The position numbers were made by a program, and so were the translations under genes. Shown piece after piece: positions 53,522-64,000 of a stretch of 64,000 nt of DNA. This DNA is from Lama glama (taxonomy: Eukaryota). Location: assembly GCA_028534125.1 (NCBI GenBank), contig CM052817.1, positions 47,432,001 through 47,496,000 on the forward strand. Direction: 5' to 3'. Every line of letters starts with the position of its first letter. Positions within the stretch are counted from its first letter, which is position 1. The notes under the pieces are model-generated. The model did not search any database. It was not told the DNA's origin and saw nothing but the letters and a program-made list of their open reading frames with translations.

Positions 53522-56488
53522 AAATACTATAAGTTAGTTTTGCCTGATTTACTTTAAATAAACAAAATCATGCAGTAGGTAGTTTTTGTGTCTGGCTTCT
53601 TTCTCTCAAAGTTATTTTTGTGAAATTCATCTTTTTGTGTTAGTTATATTTCACTCATCCTTATTGCTGTATAGTTTTCCATTGCATGGCTGTTCCCTGA
53701 TTTTATTTTATTGTTAAATGGACTGGGTTGTTTCCATTTTGGGCTATTATAATCAGGGTTGCTGTAAACATTGTTGTACGTACTTTTTGGTGCAGATATT
53801 GGCACATTTCTGGTGTATTTATACCTAGGAGTGACAATTCTGTATCATATAGTCACCTTTAGTAGACGTTTCCAGTTGTTTTGGAGTAGCTTTATCAATA
53901 TACACTATTACCAGAAAGTGTATGAGAAGTTTAGTTGTTACATATCCTTATTAACACTTTGTGGTGGTATGCTTTTTTTTTAAATTTTATCCATTCTGGA
54001 GGTGTGTAGTCGTATCTCATTCTGGTTTTCATTATTTCCTTGATGGCTGGTGGGACTGAGGATCTTATTGTGTATTTATTGACCTTTTGGCTATTTGCTT
54101 TAATTTATTGACAGTTTAAGTCTTTTATCCATTTTTCTATTGGAGTGTATGCTTTTGTTATTGATTTGAAGAATTCTTTATGCACATATGAGTACTTTTT
54201 CATATTTAAATGTATGTGTATATATATATTTATATAAATATCTTTTCTCATACTGTGGCCAACTTTTCACTTTCTTAGGATCTTTTTGGTGAACAGATGT
54301 TAAAATTGAATTTAGTAAAATTTTCCTATCATTAACACTTTTCATGGCCTCTTAAAGAATATTGCCTGTTCCAAAATCATGAAGATACTCTATGTTTTCA
54401 TTTAAATGCTCTCCTGTTTTTTCCTTTCATATTTAGATCTACAAACCATCTACTTTTGTTTTTTGTGTTTGATGTGAGGCATGATTTCAGATTCATTTTT
54501 CCCCATGTGGATATCCAGTTGACTTAGCACCACTAATGAAAAGGCCATTCTTCTCCCATGTCATGGTAATGTTGCCTCGTATTTGAACATATGTGTATAG
54601 GTATGTACTAGACTCTGTTCTCAACCAGTGGCCGCTTTGTTGATCTTTCAGTATTGCACTGTTTTAACTAGTTAGCCTTCTAATAGTTTTTGATATTTGG
54701 GGGTATAAGTTGTTCAAATCTGTACTACTTTTAAAGGTTTCCATGGCTGTTGTTGGCCCTTTGTATTTCCGTGTAATTTTTTAAGAAATTGCCTCTCTAG
54801 CTTCCACAAAAAATACTTAAGATTTTAGTTGGGATTGAGCTAAATCTATAAATCAATTTGGGGAGAATTGGCACCTTTATAATAGTGAGGCTTCCATATC
54901 ATGAACAGTTTATCCTTTTACTTATTTAGCTTATCCCACTTTATCGCAATAATGTTTAATTCTTTTCATTGCATAAGTCATTGCATATCTTTTATTAGAT
55001 ATGGTCCTAGTTATTTGATGTTTTTGATGCTACTATGAATTCTGTCTTTAAAAATTTTTTTTCTGTGCTTCTGGAAATAGAAACATAGTTTTTACATTGA
55101 CTTTATATCCATCTTCCTTGCTAAATTCAGTTGTTAATTTTTACAGTTTATCCATAGACTCCTTTGAGTTTCTGGATAGGCTTTTCATTGCAAATTTAAT
55201 TTCCTTAATAGATGTAGTACAATTTATATTTTCTCTTTCTTCTTGTATCATTATTAGTAAGCTGTGTTTTTTGAGAAATTTATTTCTTATAAACTTAAAA
55301 AGTTTATCGGCAGAAAGTTGTTGTTCATGATATCTTCTTATTTTTAAGGTTTTTTAAGGATATGTAATGACCTTATTCTCTTTTTCATTTCTTGTATTTG
55401 GAATCTGTACTTGTCTTTCTCTGATCTTTGTAGAAGTCTTCAAATATTACATCATTCTTTCCACAGATTTATTTTTTGGCTGTTTTTTAAATTGTTTATT
55501 TGTTTCTATTTTATTTCCACTTTTCCCTCTATTATTTTATCTAGTTTAATGACTTTAATTTTTGTTCCATTTCTAACTTTCTGAGATGAATATTTAGGAA
55601 GCTGGTATTCACACTTTCTTTTCCTAATTTAGGTATGCAAGGTTATACATTTTTCCTCTAAATGCAGCCTTATGTGCATCCCACAAATTCTAATATACTA
55701 TTATTCAGTTCAAAATGGTTTCTGATTTCCACTGTGATGTCTTTTTCAGCATGTAGTTTATGCGTGTGTTGCTTAATTTTCACGTGTAAAGATTTTTTAG
55801 TTGTCTTTTTGCATTTGATTTCTTGCTCAAATCCATTATATGGGGAGAACACTGAATGATTTCAACTTTCTCAAATTTGTCTACGCTTGTTTTATGGCGC
55901 AGCATATTATGGTCCAAAAATAGACAAATGTTCCATGATCATTTGAAAAGAATGTGAATTCTGTCATTGTTGGATACAATGCTGCTTGTTACCAAGTCAA
56001 GTTTGTTGATTGTCTTTCTCATATCATCTAGAAATGTACTGTTCTTTTCCAAATCTGTTTGTTCTTTAGTTACTGTTAGTTTTTTAAAACCATCCACTGT
56101 AATTAAAGGGTATTTTCATCATTTTAGTTTGGTCAATTTTTGCTTTACATATTGTAAAGCTATATAATTAGTTGCATGTGAATTTTAAATTGTATCTTCC
56201 TAGTTGGTTGAATTTTAAAAATCTTATAAATGGCTTCTTTAGTTTTAGTAATGCCCCTTGCTTTAAAGTCTAGCTTTCCTGATATTAGTGTAACTACATC
56301 TGCTTTATTTTCTTTAGTATTTGCTTGGTGCACCTTTTCCCAAACTTTCATTTTCAGTCTCTCTGAATCTTAGTATTTAAGGTATGTCTCTTGTAAGTGG
56401 TATATTGCTGGCTTAGAATTTTGGTGCATGAGCATCTTTATTTTTTTTTTAATTCAGAAATATGTATTCAGTTTCCACTTAATGGAAT

Positions 56489-57400
56489 TATATTAGTTTC
56501 CTAGAGCTTCCAAACATAGTAGCACAAACTGGGATTCTAAAAACAGAGATTTATTCTCCTGCAGTCTGTAGGCTGGATGTCTGAAATCCAGGTATCAGTA
56601 GGATTGGTTCCTTCTGGAATTTCTGTGGGAAAATCTGTTCTATTCCTCTCTTCCAGCTTCTGGTGTTACAGGCAAGCGTTAGCATTCCTTGGCTTGTAGA
56701 CACATTGTTCCCCACTTCTGTTTTCACATGACATTCTCCCTGTATGTCTGTGTCCAGATTGTCCTCTTCTTATAAGGACACCAGTTACTGAATTAGGGCA
56801 CACCCTAAGTCAGTATGACCTCCTTTTAACTTGACTACATCTGCGGTGATACTACAGATGGTCCCCAACTTACAATGATTCGACTTACGATTTTCCACTT
56901 CATGATGCTATGAAAGTGATATGCATTCAGGAGAAATTTTGAATTTTACTATTTTCCCAGACTAGTGACATGCATACAATACTGTCTTGTGAAACTGGGC
57001 AGCTCCCAGTCAACCACACAATCATGAGAGGAAACAATGGATGACACTTAAAGCCATCCTGCAACCATCTTGTTTTTCACTTTCAGTACAGTGGTCAATT
57101 AATTATATGAGATATTTAGCACTTTATTATAAAATAGGCTTTGTGTTAGGTTATTTTGCCCAAATGTAGGCTAAAGTAAGTTAGACTAGGCTAAACTATG
57201 ATGTTCAGTAGGTTGGTGTATTAAATGCATTTTTAAATTAAAGCATAGTTGACTTACAATATTGTGTTAGTTTCCTTTATTGACATCACAATATTTTCAA
57301 CTTAGGGGGCTGTATCAAGACATGACATCATTGTAAGCAGAGGAAGATCTGTACCAGGGCCTAGGATTTTACTATATCTTTTGGCAGGTTCAATCACAAC
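56489..57400 (-). mobile_element. MaLR solo LTR (MLT1B/C-like), split by MER47
   Basis: tattagtttcctag...gatttattctcctgcagtctgtaggctgga...cttcttataaggacaccagttactgaattagggcacaccctaa...catctgc, resuming after the MITE as taccagggcctaggattttactatatcttttgg. Confidence 0.85.
56855..57351. mobile_element. TcMar-Tigger MITE (MER47/Tigger5-like) containing a roughly 45-bp L1 3' tip at about 57231-57274
   Basis: ta|CAGATGGTCCCCAACTTAC ... GTAAGCAGAGGAAGATCTG|ta; internal ttattataaaataggctttgtgttag and aggctaaactatgatgttcagtagg. Confidence 0.88.
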
Positions 57401-60400
57401 AATAGTTATTGATATATCTGGGATTGAATCTGCCATCTTACTCTTTTCCTATTTGTCTTGCCCCTATTTGTCTTCCTCTTTCTCCATTTTCTTGCCTTCT
57501 TTTGAATTACTCAAGTATTTATTATTCTATTTTCATCTTTCATTAGCTTAAGTGTTTTTTTAATGCATATCCCAAAATTACAATATTCACACTTTAATTA
57601 TTATAATTTAATATAATTTTGATATTTCCTAGGGAAATGCTAGAATATTAGACCAATTAATCTCATTTACCACTCCCTACCAACATTTCATTGTTGTTGT
57701 GATATGTTTTAATTATGCATATATTTTTTCAACTCCCCAAAATGGCAAAGATTCATTTTCATTGATCTGTTTTTTTCTGGCGCTCTTCTTTCCTTTCTGT
57801 ATGTTTTCATCAGGAATCACTTTTCTTTGGTTTTGAAGGACTTCTCTTAGTATAACTTTTCCTGAGGGTAAGCCGACAAAGGTTTTGATCATTTATTTGT
57901 TTGTTTTAGTCCTGCTTATCTGAGAATATACTTACTGTTCCTTATTCTTGAAGATTATTTTAGTGGACTATTTTCTTTCAGCACTTTAAAAGTATGATTA
58001 CATTCCTTCTGTCTTTCATCATTTCTGTTGAGACGTCAACTTGCCAATCATATTGTTGTTACCTTGAAAGTAATGTTTCTTTTTCTCTATGACTAATTCT
58101 ACAATTTTTCCCGTTGTTTTTGGATTTCACTGCCTCAGTATTGTTTTGTTTCTGTTTCTCCTCCTCGGGCTTCATAGAGCTTCCTAAATGTGTGACTTGA
58201 TGCCACTTGTCACTTTTGGAAATTCTAACCTATTTACATTTCTTCCTGATGAGATTCACAATTTATGTGTGTTATACATTTAGTAACAAAGGGAGTTTAT
58301 TAAAAAGAAGCCTAAAGATATAGCTTGGAGAATCTGAATGTGCCTCCTTCATTCAGAGCAGGGCCCACCTGGAGACTGAATTAATTTATATTATACCTCT
58401 AGCATCCTGGATTCAATTTAAAATCTTCACATCAGCCAGGTTAGTATTTTCTACCTGAGCCCAACAGTGACTATGAAAATAGTGAAAAGCTATCATCTTG
58501 CGAGGAAGAAGTTTGGTGACATGAATTGGCCTAAAGAATGCTAGTACTCAGCGTAGTATGTTATACAAAGCAAATACTTGGAAAATACTGATTGAATGAA
58601 AGAGTAGAGAGCTAGGAAATACAGGCTATGTTTGTCAGCGTTACTTTGTTAATGCCTCTTGTCTTATTTACAGGACTTTTGGATACAGTGCTCTTCAAGT
58701 CCTAAAAGTGAAAACGATCTGTGTTTAAACAGGAGGACTTACCATGCTTTGCGACATTAAAGCTTTTAAGCACTATGAGAGACAGGGGAAAGCCTTGGAT
58801 GTAGTTTCCCACGTTGGTAGCTTTGGCATTGGTTGCAGTGGTAGAACTTGGGATATTCACCTTAGAGTGAATTTGCTTTCCATTTCCTCAGACCATAACA
58901 TTCATGACTATTTATTGCCAAAATATCTTTAATGTTACCATATTTCACCTATATTATCCGTCATATCTCATTCATTTTTCCCAACATGTTGACTTGAAAG
59001 ATAAAACCAATATTAAATACATTAACTTGTATGTGCATTAGTTATAGGTTCGGTTCTTGGTGTGTTCATTTATATAACATTTATTGAGTACCTTCCATGT
59101 TTCGGGAGCTTTGAATATTAGAAAACAAAGACTCTCTCTTTAAGATACTTCACTGTCATATACCAGAATATCGATGCTAAAATATATCAGTCTATGATAG
59201 TCCATGATGACTGCAGCATCTCTTTAGGTGTGGTACCCTTGGGCAGTGCACAACCTGCAAGACTGTATTCAGTGGTCCTGACGTATAATGCACACTTCAT
59301 GCCCTCAGGGAATTCCCAGTGCAGCCAAAGGAAACAGTCACTAATAATGCTACAATGCAACTGTGTAACACATATAACAAAGTATGAATAAAAAGTGTGG
59401 GCAACATGAATGACCTTGTGGTGTGGGTGTGTGGGAAATGCTTCCAAGAAGAGGTTGTGTCAAGTATGAGTAAAATATTTAGCAGAAATACAGGGAAATG
59501 GAATTCAGTGTGAGTGATTTTCCAGCTGTGCTGGAAATGTCTTTTATTTCTCCAGCTGATAACCTGCTCTCCTCATGACCGCACAGCTGTGTGTACCTTT
59601 ATGCAATTATGAGGTCATATCTGGTAGATACTAGCTTCTGAAACAGTTTTGCTCATAGGTGGTAGAAAAAATATTGCCCTTAGCGTTTTTGCTCCCACAA
59701 GTATGAAATTCCTCAACCGTCATTTACTGAATGCCTCCTTACGTGCTAGGCTTTGTATTCTCCAGGGACTGTGAACACAAATAAGAATGAATCAATGGTC
59801 AATTCCTCAACAACTTTACAGAACTAGTAGGAGAGCCAAAACGAACAGAACCTTAAAGTACAGTATAGAAAGTGCAAAATAGATGTACTTATAAAGTGCT
59901 GTTGTAAATATAAAAAAATCTTCCTGGAGGCGGTTTAGGGTTTATATTCCTTTATTCATTAAATAAGCGTTCTTGAGAAGTTGTACATAAGTCTACTTTC
60001 TTGTCCGTTTGCTTTGTTTTGAACAGCAGTTATTGATTTTTTCCTAGTTTTACTAGCACCCACAATTTATGGAAAAGTAAACCAAACTGAAAAAGAAAAC
60101 TCTTTTTAGTATATATCCCTATAATATTGTTTTTTTCTAGGTGTGTGCTGTTGCGTGCATGGTCTGTGGTTTGAATTTGGACTTCTTCATGTTTATTGAT
60201 TTCTTGTTTTCACTCATGCATCACTGTGGACTTGATGGCTGCTAGGTTCCTTGACTTTTCATATCCTTGCCAATATTTTATTGTGATGGGCAAACTCTTC
60301 TTAGGTAGAATAATAGTTTTTGGAGCATTAGAAGAATAGCCATTATTTTAATGTACTACGTTGCAGATTTTTGGAGAAGTCTGTTTTACACCCCTTAAGT

Positions 60401-60449
60401 TATTGTTGAATCTGTAGAGGTTCAAACTGGGTATTCCTCAGAAAAGTAG

Positions 60450-60685
60450 GATAGCATGTTAGTTCAAGAGGAGGGACTTTGGAACGGGACTTCCTGAGTT
60501 CCAACACCAGCTCTTCTGCTCCATTGTGTGACTCTAGACAAGTCACTGTTTATCTGTGGCTCACCTTACTAATCTGTAAAATGGAGACAATCATATTAAC
60601 TATTTTGTAAAGTTACTGTGAGGACGAATTAATTAACATATTAAAGCTCTTTCAATAGTGCCTAGAAAATAGTAAGTATTAATTT
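60450..60685 (+). mobile_element. MIR SINE
   Basis: ggactttggaacgggacttcctgagttccaacaccagctct ... tgtgactctagacaagtcac ... atctgtaaaatggagacaat ... cagtgcctag-like end. Confidence 0.75.
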
Positions 60686-61920
60686 TGTTGTCAATGAGAT
60701 GTATATTAAATAAGAAAAAAAAGAATCTTAAGAAAAATCTTTTATTACAGTAAATATAGTCTATGTTTCATACCAAAGAGAGAAAACAGAGATGTTTATT
60801 AGTATTTATATTTAAAGTATATTTTGAAAGAATAGTTCAGTTGGCAAGTTTTTATTGTAGAATCTTAAATAGAAATCTTTAAAATGACAGAAAAAATATC
60901 TTAAGTATGAAAGTCTATGTGGTACCAATGAGCAAAATATTTTGTAATGTCTTTTAATCTGGTTTTGTGTGTGTGTTTGTGTGTGTGTGAATTTCCATAC
61001 TACAGAAAACCATTGGCATTCATTCTTCTCTTTGGTAACGTATGTTCATTTATGTAAAACTGTACATTTCAACAAATAACATTTAGTGCTCCATCTCGCA
61101 AAAAAGATCTCTTTACTTACACGTAGAATGCAAGCAAGCAATGTATTTGTATAAACTGTTTTGCTATGTCACATAGTCAAAAATTTGGAAAACAAAAGTC
61201 ACTAAAAAGGAATTTTCATTTGACATTTGTTAACTCCTGTGCAATCTCATGAGACCACGATCTTTCAGGTCAAGGGTCTGCATCCCTTTCAGCTTACTGC
61301 AACACTGCTTGATTTAAACTTCATCATGATTGCAGTATCTGTCGCTGCCAGAAAGTAGGAAATTCAAGGGAAAAATATATTTATTGTGTGAAAGGCATTG
61401 TTCTAGGATTGTTAATACACATGTGAACTATACAGGGATAAGTAAATCAAATACCATCTAGGCAATCAGAGTGATTCAGTAACTATACAGCGTCGCCCTA
61501 ATGAAAAAAGGATTGGAAAGATTAGGACTGTCACATCCAAAGTCAATGACCTTGTGAGATTAAGAAACCCACAATTGCCTTTTCAGCATTGGAAACTGGA
61601 ATAATGATTTGCTCAATCTTTCTGTCCTCCTCCCTTAGAATAATTATTCCTACAGTTCTCTTTAATAAAAAAAAGTGTGCATTCACTATATATAAATTAA
61701 TCCTAATGAAGTAAACACTTAATCTTTCAGTGTAGTTTACTAATTTTGCCAGCTTCTTAAAGATAAGACTTTATTCCTCTCTAGTCTCTTCAGTCTTTCT
61801 CAGATTTTTCCCCTATTTTCTTTTCTCTATTTCCTTTTTGTTTGTTTCTTTTGGAAGGCCTCACACCTCTCTGCTTTTCATTCAGCCTAGGTAAATTCAG
61901 TTTATAATCTCTCCCCTATG

Positions 61921-61923
<3 letters not shown>

Positions 61924-61960
<37 letters not shown>
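61924..61960 (+). repeat. (TG)18 microsatellite next to an L1 tail
   Basis: Uninterrupted TG run, seen directly. Confidence 0.97.
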
Positions 61961-61966
<6 letters not shown>

Positions 61967-61980
61967 TTGTTTCTTGCATA

Positions 61981-62537
61981 TATTTTTTATTGAAGTATAA
62001 TCAATCAGTTTACAATGTTGTGTCAGTTTCTGGTGTACAGCACAATACTTCAGTCATACATGAACATACATATATTTGTTTTCATATTCTTTTTCACTGT
62101 AATTTACTACAAAACATTGAATATAGTTCCCTGTGCTATACAGTATGAACTTGTTTATCTATTTTATACAGATTAGTTAGTATCTGCAATCTTGAACTCC
62201 CAATTTATCTCTTTCCACTCCTTTCCCCCGATAACCGTAAGTTTGTTTTCTATGTCTGCGAGTCTGTTTCTGTTCTGTAAATAAGTTTGTTTCTCTCTCT
62301 CTCTGTTTTTTTTTTTTAAGATTCCACATATAAGGGATATCATGTGGTATTTTTCTTTCTCTCTCTGGCTTACTTCACTTAGAATGACAATCTCCAGGTC
62401 CATGCATGTTGGTGTAAATGGGATTATCTTATTCTTTTTTATGGCTCAGTAGTATTCCATTGTATAAATATACCAAACTTCTTTATCCAGTTATCTGTCG
62501 ATGGACATTCAGGTTGTTTCCATGTCTTGGCTATTGT
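61981..62537 (-). mobile_element. Young 5'-truncated L1
   Basis: ORF 62173-62403(-) MDLEIVILSEVSQREKEKYHMISLICGI; same 3' UTR as the other young copies. Confidence 0.92.
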
Positions 62538-63639
62538 TTTAATAATGCACACTGGCCTTTAAAATTGTTGAACTCAATTAACCCTGAGTTTATATGTTAG
62601 CAGACTTATATGACTCCAGTCTAAGTTTGAGGTACCTCTCTTATTAATAAAAAAATAATATTTTAGATGGTGAAAAATTATTATACATATTATAATTCTT
62701 AACTAATATGGAAAGGCATTACTGCAGTTACTTTCCTTCTTGGATTATTTAATACATTAATGTTATTACACTGATATGACTGAGAAAACTGAAATCTTAA
62801 TAGCAGATAAAAGATTTATAAAGTTTTTGGATTAGAAGAACATGTATAATTTAATGTTTATTGTGTTAGGTTCTATCATCCAAGCTAAGTATGATCACAT
62901 AGAGAAGAACTATCACATTTTAAAAATAATTAGATCAGCAAAAAATGAATGGTTCATACTGCAGTATATAAAGCAGTGTATCACAAATATACACCCAAAC
63001 CACCTGACTCGAGATCTTCTTAAGTGCCTCTTGAAATGCAGATTCTAGGGCCCATTGTAGACTTAGTGCAGTAGAGTGTCTGGGCAGAGACCCTACGAAT
63101 TAGGTGGTTCATGTGCACACAAGCATGCTGTAGAGCAACCATGTTTCTTTTTTTTCTTGAAGTTTAGCTAGAATGACAGCTGGTTTTATTTAAAGACCTA
63201 TAAAGTATACTAACAGAGTATCCAGCATACATAAATACCAGAGTAGTTTATATCATGTCAAGGGTATGGAGGGGAGGCCTTTTGAAGAATGATCTCATAG
63301 GCATTCTTTGGCAGAAACCTGGCAAATGTCCTGCGTCCTCTAGCTAGGCTTACATTAACCTGACATTCCACCCCCTAGGGAGTACATTTTGTGACTTGAT
63401 TTAAAGTGTTTTTGTTATCAGGTCACTTTTTCGGGAGGAGAGAAGGCAGTCTTTGTGGGGGGCCTTTTGCCACTCTTGTGTAAATTATTTTGCATCAATT
63501 TAGATTTCTATATTACATCCTTCAGGGATTTTTATCAAGTTCTCCAACGTTCCATATTTCCCTACCCATGTGTCAAAAAAAGCATTGGCATATGAGAGAG
63601 TAGATTTATATTTAAATCTCTTTGTGAGGTTTCTTTTGT

Positions 63640-64000
63640 AATTTTTCTTGGTCTATAGCATATACACAGTAAAGTTCACAAGTCTTAAGTTTTCAGCTCA
63701 ATCAGTTTTTACAAATGTAATCATCATGCATATCAAATTATAGAATAATTTCCAGCATCCCAAAAGCTTCCCTTATACCATTTCCTAGTTAGTAACCCAC
63801 CAAAGGTAATCACCATGTGAATTCTATCAACATAGTATTGTTTTAGGTTTCCATGAAATTAGTATATGTGATATAAATTAAATCATACAGCATTTGTTTT
63901 TTGTCTGGTTTCTTTAACCTAACACTGTATCTATGAGATTAGTCCATGTTCCTGTGTGCAGTAGCAATTTGGTATTTTTTATTGCTTTATACTGTTCTTT
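63640..64000 (-). mobile_element. Old L1M 3' UTR (continues beyond the window)
   Basis: tatacacagtaaagttcacaagtcttaagttttcagctcaatcagtttttacaaatg ... atttccagcatcccaaaagcttccctt ... gagattagtccatgtt. Confidence 0.75.

Larger units (their letters stand above)
52760..58260 (-). mobile_element. Long old L1M element (3' UTR through ORF2 endonuclease and upstream), interrupted by a younger L1, an MLT1 and a MER47
   Basis: ORF 56160-56351(-) KVWEKVHQANTKENKADVVTLISGKLDFKARGITKTKE resembles the L1 endonuclease. ORF 55670-55852(-) resembles the ORF2 post-endonuclease region. T-rich antisense L1 motifs occur throughout. Confidence 0.82.

Noticed and set aside
8495..64000. Next ADAMTS3 exon (expected to begin ESDLEGLDDL-like) or a nested gene
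   Set aside because: I found no matching peptide with splice sites. This fits a long intron extending beyond the window, though a small or diverged exon could be missed by eye.
1..64000. Prokaryote-style systems (CRISPR arrays, operons, defence loci)
   Set aside because: This is mammalian intronic DNA. The recurring similar segments are dispersed L1 3' ends, not regularly spaced repeat-spacer arrays.

Overview
Mammalian intronic DNA, probably from a camelid, judged from a tRNA-Ala-derived Vic-1/SINE_Vpa-like SINE and many recent L1 3' ends of one cetartiodactyl type. The only protein-coding segment I can support is one 157-nt internal exon on the + strand (8338-8494). It encodes AGMIKSDNDEYFIEPLERGKQMEEEKGRIHVVYKRSAVERAPVDMSQDFHYR, which I recognise as part of the ADAMTS3 prodomain (probably exon 4). 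The ORF track misses it. The rest is flanking intron rich in interspersed repeats: young 5'-truncated L1s (most with target-site duplications, one with a twin-priming inversion), old L1M, L2, MIR, MaLR/ERVL LTRs, a decayed ERVL-type pol, and Tigger/Charlie DNA-transposon MITEs. The listed ORFs are L1 fragments or appear to be chance ORFs. I found no convincing novel biological system. The best leads are an in-frame cryptic splice donor inside the ADAMTS3 exon, an unexplained 43-bp direct repeat bracketing 527 bp, possible L1-derived poison exons, a candidate SOX/AP-1 enhancer and an unassigned GC-richer island at about 19.1-19.8 kb. Repeat family names come from recalled consensus sequences, not a database search. 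Repeat boundaries are approximate unless target-site duplications (TSDs) are given.
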